IMG/VR virus record: IMGVR_UViG_3300011438_000005
Span: 1 to 47,403 of that record
Reading direction: 5' to 3' (one strand)
DNA from: a virus
Length of the DNA stretch: 47,403 bases
Shown here: one piece after another, positions 39,217 to 47,382 of the stretch
How positions within the stretch are numbered: position 1 is the stretch's first letter
How the letters are laid out: every line of letters begins with the position of its first letter
Made by a program: the position numbers and the translations under genes
Notes under the pieces: model-generated
The model's database searches: none
Told to the model about the DNA's origin: nothing
Seen by the model: the letters and a program-made list of their open reading frames with translations, nothing else

Positions 39217-40059
39217 ATGCGTCACCTGAAAGCAGCCTCCACCTTCCTCGTCCTCCTCGTCCTTCTCCTCGCGCCCCTCGAGGCGCTCGCGCAGATCGGC
39301 CCGAGGCTCCTCTGGGACTCGGAGTCGGTCGCTGGCGGCGCGCTCGTCCAGTCGCCGATCCTCGACCTGGCGAGAGCGAAGGCGGAGGTCGTCGAGCTTT
39401 TCATCGACAATACCGCGGCGAACAGCTTCAACCGCGCACTCACCGTCACGAGCTATCTTCAGGACGGGACCCAGTTCGACAGCGTCGTCGTCCTGCCCAG
39501 CGTGCCCCTCGGCGGAGCGCCCACGGGGTCGACGTACCCGCTCGGCTTGGTGCGCGCGCTCATGGGCCCGATTCCCCCGACGACTGAAGATGGCGCCTAC
39601 CTGCTGTATGACGAGACGAGCGCGGTAAACACCTTCGTCCAAAGCCCCACTCTCTTTACGATGGGCTTCTCGAGGGTCTCGATCAGTGGCCTCCTGAACG
39701 GCTCCCTGGGCACCGTGCCCACGCTTCAGGTCTCGTCGGACGTCTGGACCATCAAGATCCCCGGCGCCTCGCTCAATGCCGGGGAGGCGCTTCAATACGT
39801 AGTCGGCCCCGGGATTCTCCAGACCGCCGATGCGCCCACTACCAAGTTCTACGCCGGCGGGGTCAACCTCCCCCTGGGTCAGTTTTTCAACGCCTCCTAT
39901 CCTGCCGCCGGAGCGTCACTCACCATGCGCCTGAGGATCACCGGTCACGGGCGGCCGCCCGGGACTTTCGCCTACCAGATGATCCTCCCGCCGAAGATCC
40001 GTTTCTCCTTGAGCGCGGGCGGCACCGGCGCGGCCCGCATGATGGCGTTTGCCCTCTGA
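39217..40059 (+). CDS. Hypothetical protein with a Sec-type signal peptide (280 aa)
   Basis: Track ORF 39187..40059 trimmed to ATG 39217, with an AAGGAG RBS 6 nt upstream. The N-terminus is MRHLKAASTFLVLLVLLLAPLEALAQ. By eye it has more A/T at third positions than its neighbours. Confidence 0.65.
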   Translation: MRHLKAASTFLVLLVLLLAPLEALAQIGPRLLWDSESVAGGALVQSPILDLARAKAEVVELFIDNTAANSFNRALTVTSYLQDGTQFDSVVVLPSVPLGGAPTGSTYPLGLVRALMGPIPPTTEDGAYLLYDETSAVNTFVQSPTLFTMGFSRVSISGLLNGSLGTVPTLQVSSDVWTIKIPGASLNAGEALQYVVGPGILQTADAPTTKFYAGGVNLPLGQFFNASYPAAGASLTMRLRITGHGRPPGTFAYQMILPPKIRFSLSAGGTGAARMMAFAL

Positions 40060-40067
40060 GGCTCGCC

Positions 40068-40538
40068 GTGGCCGAGGAGCTCCAGGACACGCCGAAGCCG
40101 GAGCGCAAGCTCTCCGCGCAGCGCGTCATGATCTGGTTCGGGTGGGCGGAGCGGCCGCCCAACTCGAAGACCCCGGCCGGCCGGCTCGAGGACCTCCTCG
40201 GCCGGCTCGGCATCAGGGGCGGCTCGCTCGCGGCGCTGATCTGGCTAGGCTACCAGGGGATCGCGGCCATCAACCGCCAGTCGACCGCGCTCGAGGGCCT
40301 CGGCAAGGGGACGGCTGCGCTGGTGAAGCAGGGCGAGGAGAGCACGGCCACACTCAAGCGGCTCGTCGACTCCCACGACCTCAACCGGCGCGAGCAGGAG
40401 CTCACCACCCGGGAGACGAAGATCGTCGGCGAGAATGTGGGGAAGCTCGCGGCGACCCTTGGGGTGAAGCTCGGGGAGACCACGCCGATCGCCTCCAAGG
40501 ACGTACCTGCGAAACCAGTCGGAAGGGCGGGACGATGA
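40068..40538 (+). CDS. Hypothetical protein with one central TM helix (156 aa)
   Basis: Complete track ORF with a GTG start and a GAGG RBS 6 nt upstream. The helix is GGSLAALIWLGYQGIAAI. Confidence 0.6.
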   Translation: MAEELQDTPKPERKLSAQRVMIWFGWAERPPNSKTPAGRLEDLLGRLGIRGGSLAALIWLGYQGIAAINRQSTALEGLGKGTAALVKQGEESTATLKRLVDSHDLNRREQELTTRETKIVGENVGKLAATLGVKLGETTPIASKDVPAKPVGRAGR

Positions 40539-40858
40539 CGGACCAGCGGAAAAGGCCCACCGAGGCGAAGCTCGCCGAGACGGTGGGCCAGGCCTGCGAG
40601 GCGGCGCACGGTGGGCTCGTCGCCGGCGTGATGGCTGGCATGGACGCGCTCCTCGACCGCAAGCTCGAGAGGCTCGACGACACGGTGCGCAGCACCGGGC
40701 TCGCACTCGAGGAGATCCTCCAGGCAACGAAGCTCGACGCCGAGGCGCGCGCGGAGTTCCGGACTACGCTGGAGCGGGTCGAGGAGCGGCTCTCCGTGCT
40801 GGAACAGTGGCGCAAGGACCAGGTCGCGATGGCGGCGGACGCTGCCAGGGGTGGGTGA
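40535..40858 (+). CDS. Hypothetical protein (107 aa)
   Basis: In the frame of track ORF 40049..40858. ATG 40535 makes an ATGA overlap with the upstream stop. Confidence 0.6.
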   Translation: MTDQRKRPTEAKLAETVGQACEAAHGGLVAGVMAGMDALLDRKLERLDDTVRSTGLALEEILQATKLDAEARAEFRTTLERVEERLSVLEQWRKDQVAMAADAARGG

Positions 40859-41274
40859 TGGATAGGACGAAGCTCGCCGCAGAGCTGCGGCGCGACGAAG
40901 ACGTGCGGCTCTTCCCGTACGTCGACCAGGTCGGGAAGACCACGATCGGCGCCGGCCGGAACCTCACCGACAAGGGGATCAGCCTCGAGGAGGCCGAGCT
41001 CCTCCTCGAGCACGACATAGCCGAGGTGGTGGACGAGCTCGAGCGCCGCCTGCCCTGGTGGTCGACGCTCGACGAGGTCCGCCAGCGGGTGCTCGCGAAC
41101 ATGGCCTTTAACATGGGCGTCCAGGGGCTCCTCGGCTTCCGGAACACCCTCGCCCTGGTGCAGCTCGGGAGGTACCAGGAGGCCGCGGCGAACATGCTGC
41201 TCTCGAAGTGGGCCCAGCAGGTCGGCCCGCGCGCCCTGCGCCTCTCGAAGATGATGGAGAAAGGCACCACGTAA
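40858..41274 (+). CDS. Endolysin, T4-type lysozyme (GH24, Phage_lysozyme) (138 aa)
   Basis: Track ORF 40807..41274 trimmed to ATG 40858. LRRDEDVRLFPYVDQVGKTTIGAGRNL reproduces the Glu-8aa-Asp-5aa-Thr catalytic spacing of T4 lysozyme (E11, D20, T26). Confidence 0.85.
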   Translation: MDRTKLAAELRRDEDVRLFPYVDQVGKTTIGAGRNLTDKGISLEEAELLLEHDIAEVVDELERRLPWWSTLDEVRQRVLANMAFNMGVQGLLGFRNTLALVQLGRYQEAAANMLLSKWAQQVGPRALRLSKMMEKGTT

Positions 41275-41298
41275 CCCGCACTCCCCGTGGAGGGGCTC

Positions 41299-41556
41299 AT
41301 GGCAATCGGCGTCACGCCTGGAAGGACCACCACCGAGTACCGCCTGGCGCTCGCGTACATGGGGGTGGGCTTCGGCTTCGCCCTGCTCGGGATCGTGCTC
41401 TGCTCGATCTATTCGCTCGCCTGGGGCGGGGTCGCGGCGAGCTCGAGCGGGACGCTGCTCGCCGGCGTCGGCCTCGCTTCGTACCAGCGCGGCCGCGCCG
41501 AGGTGAAGGGCAAAGCGGCGGCCGCCCGCGTCCACCCCGCCCGCGTGGGGCTCTGA
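41299..41556 (+). CDS. Putative holin, two TM helices (85 aa)
   Basis: Track ORF 41287..41556. ATG 41299 is preferred because a GGAGG RBS lies 5 nt upstream (alternative GTG at 41287). The helices are LALAYMGVGFGFALLGIVLCSIY and GTLLAGVGLASY, followed by a basic tail. It lies directly after the endolysin. Confidence 0.55.
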   Translation: MAIGVTPGRTTTEYRLALAYMGVGFGFALLGIVLCSIYSLAWGGVAASSSGTLLAGVGLASYQRGRAEVKGKAAAARVHPARVGL

Positions 41557-41559
41557 GTC

Positions 41560-41952
41560 ATGGGCACCTGGGAACGCACCGGGCGCTCGAGCTGGCGCTC
41601 GATCCAGCTCGCCTCCGGCATCGGCGAGGCGCCGGGCGCCGATCCCACGCTCGGCGTGGACCTCTCTCGTCACTGGGCGCTCATGCCCAGCTTCCGCGCG
41701 CCGGCCGGGCAGACCTTCGACGGGACCGGCCTCTTCCGGGCGTGGGTCTGGGTCCAGGCGCGGCTCCTCTGGATCCCCGCGCCCCAGATGGACGACGACG
41801 CCACGATGCTCGCCGGCCTCTTCGAGGCGGCCCTACCCCCAGTCGTGGTCCGCCTCGACTCGGTGCGCTTTATGTTCGTTCCGGACGGCGTCGGGCTCTC
41901 CGGCGGCACCGACGTCACCACCGACTACACCCTCGGCCTCGGGAGGCCCTGA
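41560..41952 (+). CDS. Hypothetical protein (130 aa)
   Basis: Complete track ORF with G/C-rich third positions. Confidence 0.6.
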   Translation: MGTWERTGRSSWRSIQLASGIGEAPGADPTLGVDLSRHWALMPSFRAPAGQTFDGTGLFRAWVWVQARLLWIPAPQMDDDATMLAGLFEAALPPVVVRLDSVRFMFVPDGVGLSGGTDVTTDYTLGLGRP

Positions 41953-41953
41953 A

Positions 41954-44371
41954 ATGCGCGCTCTTCTCCTTCTCGCCCTGCTCCCCTCCTTCGCCCTCGC
42001 GCAGGCCGACCGCGTGCGGGTGTGCGACAAGACGATCACCACCCAGTGTGCCGAGGTCGCCTCCGATGGCACCCTCAAGGTGACGACCAGCGCCGGCGGC
42101 GGCGCGACCTTCGGCAACGCCTTCCCCGCCACGGGCACGGCGGCCGGGGCGAAGGTGATCACCGGGACCCCGAGCTACACCGTCGGCACGATGCAGGCCC
42201 CGACCCTCACCACAGCGGGCGAGCTGCGCATCGCCGGCACGATCTCGGCGAGCTCGAGCGCGACCGCGACGGCGGCCCCGCCCACCTACGGCGAGGGCAG
42301 CTCGCAACCCTTCTCCCAGGACCTCGCGGGCTGGCTCCGGACGAGGAGCCTCCACACGACGGCCGCCTCGCCGATGGCCTGCCGGATCTCGGACGGCTCG
42401 AGCTTCTTCCTACCCCTCACCGACACCCAGCTCCGCGCCTCGGCGGTTCCCGTGTCCGGGACATTCTGGCAGGCCACGCAACCCGTCTCCGGGCCGCTCA
42501 CCGATGCGCAGCTCCGCGCGGTGGCGGTCCCGATCTCCGGAACCTTCTGGCAGGCGACCCAGCCCGTGAGCGCCGCGGCCCTTCCCCTTCCGGCCGGCGC
42601 CTCGACGGAGGGCACGCTCTCGACCCTCAACGGCAAGGTGCCCTCCGGCCTCACGGTCACCGCGACCCGCCTCCTGGTCGACGGCTCGGGAGTCACCCAG
42701 CCCGTGTCCGGGACCGTCACCGCCACCGGGCCCCTCACCGACGCGCAGCTCCGCGCCTCTGCCGTGCCCACCACCGACGCCCACACGACGGCGGCGGCGC
42801 CCCTCTCCTGCCGCCTCTCCGACGGGGCGGCCTTCTACACCGCGGGCGGCGGAGGCGGGGGCACCTCGAGCTCCTACGGCGCCGCCTTCCCGGCCACCGG
42901 CACGGCCGCGGGCTTCTCGGACGGGACGAACATGGTCCTCGCCCGGGCCGGCGCGACGAACGCCGACGCCGAGGCGGTGCTCACGGCCGGCGCCCTCGAG
43001 GCCTCCTCGCACCTCATGGGCTACAACGGGACGACCTGGGATCGGGTGCGGACTGCGAACACCGGCCGGCTCCAGGTCGACGTGGTCACCGGCGGCGGCT
43101 CCAACGGCTCGGTGAGCTCCGTCGCCTCGGCCACGCCGGCGTCCGCCACCTTCGCCGGCGCGAAGGTCGTGTCGAGCGCGCCGAGCTACACGAACGGGAA
43201 CCTCGAGGGCGTCACCCTCGACACCGCGGGCAACCTGCGCACCGGCATCACCACCATCGACACCGTCCAGTCGGCGTGCGTCCTCAACGCTCTCAACTCC
43301 ACGTGCGCGGTCACGATGGCGGGCAAATCGAGCGTGGGCATGGTCGAGACGGCGACCTCCTCGCCCACCGGGATCATCCTCACGCCGGAGTTCTCGCTCG
43401 ACAACACCTCATGGGTGGCGACGTACTTCGACGACCCGGCCACCGGCGCGAAGGCGGCCACGATCCCGAACGCCACACACGCGGTCGGGATTACGCGGAC
43501 GCTCGTCGGGGTAGGAGCCGGCGGCTTCGCCCGCGTCCGCGCTTCTTCGTGGACGAGCGGGAGCGTCACCGTCACCGTGAGGGCCTCCGACGTCGACGAC
43601 CCGACGCTGCTCGCCTCCGGCGCCCCGGGCGCACTCGGCGCGCCGCCGACGGCCCTCCAGGTAGCAGCCCAGGACGCGACCACCGCGACCACCCTGAACG
43701 CCCTGAAGAGCGGGGCCCTGAACACCACGCCGGGCGCGGTGCCATGGCTGCTGACGGCGGACGGCGTCTCATGCAGCGCAGTCAGCGCGGTGACGGCGGG
43801 CAACGTGGCGGTGGCGTCGTTCGACTCGGTCACGGGCGCCATGAACGTCCGGCTGACCGACTCCTCCACCTACCTCGCCCCCTCGGTGCTGGCGAACGAC
43901 ACCACCGCGATCGCCAACGGCCTGGGCGTGCAGCCGGCCGTCGCGCGAGCGGCTCCCACCGCGGTCACCGCCGGGCGCGGGGAAATGCTCCAGATCGACA
44001 CCGTTTCGGGCGGCGTCTTCGACACGCCGGCCACCACCACGCACGACGTCGGGACCACCTCGGTCACCTACACCGCGAACACCGCACTCAACGTCAAGGC
44101 GAGCGCGGGCAACGTGTACGGGATCTCAGCAATCAACGCCGCGGCCTCGGTGTGCTGGCTCCAGTTCTATAACACCGCCGGTACGCCCACGTGCGGCACC
44201 TCGGTGGTCTGGTCGGTGCCGCTGCCGGTGACGCCCGGCGTCTTCAACCTGCCGCCTGGCGCCTTCCCGCTGCGCAACCACGCCACGGGGATCGGGATCT
44301 GCGTCTCGACCACCGCGACCGGCGGGACGACCTGCGGCTCGGCGTCGTCGGGAACGATCTTCTTCAAGTAG
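41954..44371 (+). CDS. Large repeat-containing protein with a Sec-type signal peptide; possible second fibre/receptor-binding or secreted protein (805 aa)
   Basis: Complete track ORF with a GGGAGG RBS. The N-terminus is MRALLLLALLPSFALAQA. It has tandem 27-aa repeats (LTD(T/A)QLRA.AVP(V/I)SGTFWQATQPVS), a Thr/Ser/Gly/Ala-rich beta-type composition and a Cys-containing C-terminal domain. Confidence 0.7.
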   Translation: MRALLLLALLPSFALAQADRVRVCDKTITTQCAEVASDGTLKVTTSAGGGATFGNAFPATGTAAGAKVITGTPSYTVGTMQAPTLTTAGELRIAGTISASSSATATAAPPTYGEGSSQPFSQDLAGWLRTRSLHTTAASPMACRISDGSSFFLPLTDTQLRASAVPVSGTFWQATQPVSGPLTDAQLRAVAVPISGTFWQATQPVSAAALPLPAGASTEGTLSTLNGKVPSGLTVTATRLLVDGSGVTQPVSGTVTATGPLTDAQLRASAVPTTDAHTTAAAPLSCRLSDGAAFYTAGGGGGGTSSSYGAAFPATGTAAGFSDGTNMVLARAGATNADAEAVLTAGALEASSHLMGYNGTTWDRVRTANTGRLQVDVVTGGGSNGSVSSVASATPASATFAGAKVVSSAPSYTNGNLEGVTLDTAGNLRTGITTIDTVQSACVLNALNSTCAVTMAGKSSVGMVETATSSPTGIILTPEFSLDNTSWVATYFDDPATGAKAATIPNATHAVGITRTLVGVGAGGFARVRASSWTSGSVTVTVRASDVDDPTLLASGAPGALGAPPTALQVAAQDATTATTLNALKSGALNTTPGAVPWLLTADGVSCSAVSAVTAGNVAVASFDSVTGAMNVRLTDSSTYLAPSVLANDTTAIANGLGVQPAVARAAPTAVTAGRGEMLQIDTVSGGVFDTPATTTHDVGTTSVTYTANTALNVKASAGNVYGISAINAAASVCWLQFYNTAGTPTCGTSVVWSVPLPVTPGVFNLPPGAFPLRNHATGIGICVSTTATGGTTCGSASSGTIFFK

Positions 44372-44383
44372 GGAGGTGCGGTC

Positions 44384-44512
44384 ATGCTTTCGATGCGAGT
44401 CAACTACGTCTTTTCCGACCCGGCGCAGCTTCCCCCAATGATCGGGCTCCACCTCGGCCTGCCCGTCGCGGCCGGCGAGGTCCAGATCGGGCTCGAGGAG
44501 ACTCCCGGATGA
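44384..44512 (+). CDS. Possible small protein (42 aa), below the ORF-track size cut-off
   Basis: ATG 44384 lies 6 nt after a GGGAGGTG RBS, and its TGA makes an ATGA overlap with the next gene. My translation is MLSMRVNYVFSDPAQLPPMIGLHLGLPVAAGEVQIGLEETPG. Confidence 0.45.
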   Translation: MLSMRVNYVFSDPAQLPPMIGLHLGLPVAAGEVQIGLEETPG

Positions 44513-45306
44513 AGACCAGGCGCGGCGCCCTCGCCGCCCTCGCGCTGCTCCTCGCGGGCCCGGCCGTCGCCGGGCACCGTCACTGGTACACCGGCGCCGT
44601 CGGGAGCGGCGCGACCCAGTGGAACCCACCCGGCATCCAGCGCGACGCCGGCGCGAGCACCTTCCCCGTCGTCACCACGGGGAGCGGCACGGGCAGCTCG
44701 GGGACGACCTTCCTGTCGTCGGCCTTCTCGACCTCCTCGTCGGCGGGGCTGCTCGTCGTCGTAGTGAGCATGGGCAACCTCGACGGGAACAACCAGGGCC
44801 AGCCCGTCCTCACGGGCGCGGGACTCACGTGGACGAAGCGGGTCGAGGCGCTCATCACCTCGGCCCCGAGCGCGGTTACCCACCTGGCGCAGGTCTGGAC
44901 CGCGCCCTACTCCTCGGCGATCTCCTCCCAGCAGCTCACCCTCACGATGGGCTTCGCCTCCATCGACTTCGCGCGCTCGCTCACGATCGACGCCCTGGCG
45001 GGCTGGGCCGGAACCTTCGGCGCGACGGCCACCAACACCACGTCGAGCTCGGCCGAGACGGCGACGCTCTCCGGCGTGGCGAGCGGCTCCTGGAGCTACG
45101 TCGGGGTCTTCCGGGAGTCGACGGACACGACGGTCACCCCGAACGGCTCGACGACCGAGCTTTCCGACGCCTTCCTCTCCGGCCCGAGCCCCACCGTCGG
45201 CACGGCCTCCGGGATCAGCACCACCGGCACCGGCTCGCTCACCCTTGGCTGGACGAACACGATGGACTTCGGCGCGGTGGCTGCGCTCGAGGTCAAGAGC
45301 AACTGA
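44509..45306 (+). CDS. Hypothetical protein with a signal peptide, possibly Tat-type (265 aa)
   Basis: Track ORF 44191..45306 trimmed to ATG 44509. The N-terminus MKTRRGALAALALLLAGPAVAG contains T-R-R-x-x-L. The rest is Ser/Thr/Gly-rich. Confidence 0.65.
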   Translation: MKTRRGALAALALLLAGPAVAGHRHWYTGAVGSGATQWNPPGIQRDAGASTFPVVTTGSGTGSSGTTFLSSAFSTSSSAGLLVVVVSMGNLDGNNQGQPVLTGAGLTWTKRVEALITSAPSAVTHLAQVWTAPYSSAISSQQLTLTMGFASIDFARSLTIDALAGWAGTFGATATNTTSSSAETATLSGVASGSWSYVGVFRESTDTTVTPNGSTTELSDAFLSGPSPTVGTASGISTTGTGSLTLGWTNTMDFGAVAALEVKSN

Positions 45307-45488
45307 TGGCCCAGATCCTCAAGCTCGCCCTCGAGAAGTACGGCCCGCTCGGCGCCGCGCTCCTGCTCCTCGGCTGGCTGCTCTACCGGGCCGACCAGCG
45401 CTCCGACGCCGACCGAGCCTTCTACTACAACGACCTCTCCCAGCAGCTCGTCGAGACGCGCGAGGCCTGCCGGGCAGCGAAGCCGTAG
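45306..45488 (+). CDS. Small single-TM membrane protein (60 aa)
   Basis: In the frame of track ORF 44619..45488. ATG 45306 shares one base with the upstream TGA. The helix is GPLGAALLLLGWLLY. Confidence 0.55.
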   Translation: MAQILKLALEKYGPLGAALLLLGWLLYRADQRSDADRAFYYNDLSQQLVETREACRAAKP

Positions 45489-45531
45489 TCCCCCGGGCAC
45501 TCTCGCCTGGGCCACGAAGGGAGCGCAGCTC

Positions 45532-45810
45532 ATGATCCCCCTCATCGGTAGGTTCGTCCACAATCTCCTCTGGAGCCCGGAGCGCGCGGTGCTCTGGTTC
45601 CGGTCCTCGGTCGGCTTCGTCGCCGGCGTCGGCGCCACCGTCGTCACCGCCCCGCCGGAGACGATCCTGGCCTGGGGCTGGAAGGACTGGGCTGTGCGTC
45701 TCGCGGTGGGCGCGATCCTCGCCACCGCGCTCGCCTCGAAGGCTGGCGACAAGAACACCCTTACGCCGAAGGAGCAGGAGCGGGTCGCCGAGCGGCCTCC
45801 CGCGCCATGA
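45532..45810 (+). CDS. Membrane protein, two TM helices (holin-like, 92 aa)
   Basis: Complete track ORF. The helices are AVLWFRSSVGFVAGVGATVV and WAVRLAVGAILATALA. Confidence 0.6.
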   Translation: MIPLIGRFVHNLLWSPERAVLWFRSSVGFVAGVGATVVTAPPETILAWGWKDWAVRLAVGAILATALASKAGDKNTLTPKEQERVAERPPAP

Positions 45811-46550
45811 TCCCCATCCTCGGCCAGGCCAAGGCCTTCGCGCCCTGGCTCCTCGCCGGCGCCCTCGTCCTCGTGAGCGGGTACTCCGCTCGCGGGTGCG
45901 CCGAGCGGCGCCTCCTCGAGGCCGACCGCGCCCGCCTCGAGGAGGAGGCGCGCGCCCGGGCCGCCGAGGTGCCCGTCGTCCAGGTCGTGACTCAGCGCGT
46001 CGTCGACGAGGAGGCGGAGAAGGCGAAGCGGGAGAACCCGGAGCTCCGCGCGGAGCTCACCCGGGCGGCGAAGGAGATCGGCAAGCTGCGCGCCCTCCTG
46101 GTCGTGCGCGGCACCACCGCGCCCACCCCAGTCACCGCGCAGCCCCTCCCGGCCCCGGAAGGGTGTCCAAGGTGCCAGCTCGGGGAGCTCGACCAGCTCG
46201 AGCTCGCCGTCGACGGCGTCGGGGTCGAGGGCGAGGAGGGGGCGACCATGCTCGTTGCCACCCTCGAGGCCTCCCGAGTCTCGGATGGGGCACTCCTGGC
46301 CCGGGCCCCGCTCTCGGCGCCCGTCACGGTGGCCTTCCGGACGCCAGCCGTGGAGGCCGGAAACCGGGCAAGGTGGCGCGCGGGGCCGGTGGGTGGTGTC
46401 TCCGGCCAGGGGTGGCTCGCCGGCGCCGCCCTGGTGAGCCCTGAGCTACGGCTGCCGCTGCTCGGATGGTACGCGAGCGGCACGGCCCTGGCGGCTGGCG
46501 GGACCGGAGGCACCCTCCTTCTGGGTGGTGTGCTCGTCCGTCCACCCTGA
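45807..46550 (+). CDS. Membrane-anchored coiled-coil protein (i-spanin-like architecture, 247 aa)
   Basis: Complete track ORF with an ATGA overlap. It has the N-terminal TM helix FAPWLLAGALVLVSGY followed by a charged helical region. It is the last gene of the rightward unit. Confidence 0.6.
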   Translation: MIPILGQAKAFAPWLLAGALVLVSGYSARGCAERRLLEADRARLEEEARARAAEVPVVQVVTQRVVDEEAEKAKRENPELRAELTRAAKEIGKLRALLVVRGTTAPTPVTAQPLPAPEGCPRCQLGELDQLELAVDGVGVEGEEGATMLVATLEASRVSDGALLARAPLSAPVTVAFRTPAVEAGNRARWRAGPVGGVSGQGWLAGAALVSPELRLPLLGWYASGTALAAGGTGGTLLLGGVLVRPP

Positions 46551-46772
46551 ACGGCAGGCGCCGAGGCGTCGGCGGGCGGCCATCCAGCGCGCGCCGGCCT
46601 CCCGCCGTAGCCGGCCGTTCGCCGCGCCGGCGAGCTCGAGCTCGGCCAGGTCGAGCGCCGCGGCGGCTCGGTCGTAGCAGGCAAGCCGCTCGAGCTGGGC
46701 GGGGACGCGGTCCAGGACCTCGACGGCGGGCGGCCCGGCGACCACGAGGGCGAGAAGGCCCGCGGCGATCAA
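46446..46772 (-). CDS. Hypothetical protein with an N-terminal hydrophobic helix (108 aa); last gene of the leftward unit
   Basis: Track ORF 46446..46892 trimmed to TTG 46772, with a GGAGGAGCC RBS and a TTGA overlap with the upstream stop. Its 3' end overlaps the convergent gene 45807..46550 by 105 nt. Confidence 0.5.
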   Translation of the reverse strand: MIAAGLLALVVAGPPAVEVLDRVPAQLERLACYDRAAAALDLAELELAGAANGRLRREAGARWMAARRRLGACRSGWTDEHTTQKEGASGPASRQGRAARVPSEQRQP

Positions 46773-47071
46773 GGCTCCTCCGGGTACAGGACCACCTCGC
46801 GGTGCCACTCCCGGGCCCCCATGCAGTCGAGCATCATGGAACGGAAGGTCCAGCCCGGCATGCGATAGGCGGTGGCGGCCCAGTCGAGGCAAGCGTTCCA
46901 GTCCTTCTCCAGGACGCGCTCCGGGTGGCGCTCGTTCTTCCAGGACAGGGAGACCGGGGCGCAGCCGGCGGAGAGGAGCAGCAGCACGAGGGCTGCCACG
47001 ACCATCGCAAGCGTCGCCAACTGGAGAACGAAGTTCACGAGGGCGATGGTCTGGCGGGTCTGGGGCGTCAT
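46769..47071 (-). CDS. Small putative lipoprotein (100 aa)
   Basis: Track ORF 46769..47341 trimmed to ATG 47071 (ATGA overlap). The hydrophobic stretch IALVNFVLQLATLAMVVAALVLLLLSAGC ends in a lipobox-like SAGC. Confidence 0.6.
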   Translation of the reverse strand: MTPQTRQTIALVNFVLQLATLAMVVAALVLLLLSAGCAPVSLSWKNERHPERVLEKDWNACLDWAATAYRMPGWTFRSMMLDCMGAREWHREVVLYPEEP

Positions 47072-47382
47072 GGCGCTCCTCTCGGCGCGGGGCCCGGGGA
47101 GCGGCCGGCGGGCGAGAATTCGTGGAAGAGCGGGCTCTCGCGATTCCAGTGGATCGCTCGGTCGCGGTGCAAGCCGCAGCGAGAGCACCCTCCGGGCTCC
47201 GGCTCCTCGCTCCCCTCTACAGGAGCGGCGGGGGCCGGCTCCACCGGGGCGGCGTCCAGGGCGGATCGCAGGGCAAGGGAGCACTCGTGAATCTCGATGG
47301 CAGCCATCTCGCTCGGGTGCAATGCTGCCTCCCTCTCCCACCTGTCCGCCAGCTTCGCCAGCTTCTTTCGCAGGTCACTCAC
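47068..47382 (-). CDS. Hypothetical protein (104 aa); its 5' end lies in the terminal repeat
   Basis: Complete track ORF. The start is GTG 47382 (equivalent to 102), preceded by a GGGGGA RBS, and it overlaps the stop of the UDG-like gene by 8 nt in the circular map. Confidence 0.65.
   Translation of the reverse strand: MSDLRKKLAKLADRWEREAALHPSEMAAIEIHECSLALRSALDAAPVEPAPAAPVEGSEEPEPGGCSRCGLHRDRAIHWNRESPLFHEFSPAGRSPGPAPRGAP

Noticed and set aside
33881-39795. Minus-strand ORFs 33881..35524, 35540..37537 and 38059..39795 (547-665 aa each)
   Set aside because: They lie antisense to the giant gene and the tail-fibre genes and have the same Arg/Gly/Glu/Leu-rich shadow composition. There is no start context.
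41954-44371. Possible diversity-generating retroelement (BPP-1-like capsid genes plus repeats in a receptor-binding-type protein)
   Set aside because: No reverse-transcriptase-like ORF exists anywhere in the window. The repeats are in-frame tandem protein repeats inside one gene. Differences between copies are not restricted to adenine positions, and there is no separate non-coding template repeat.
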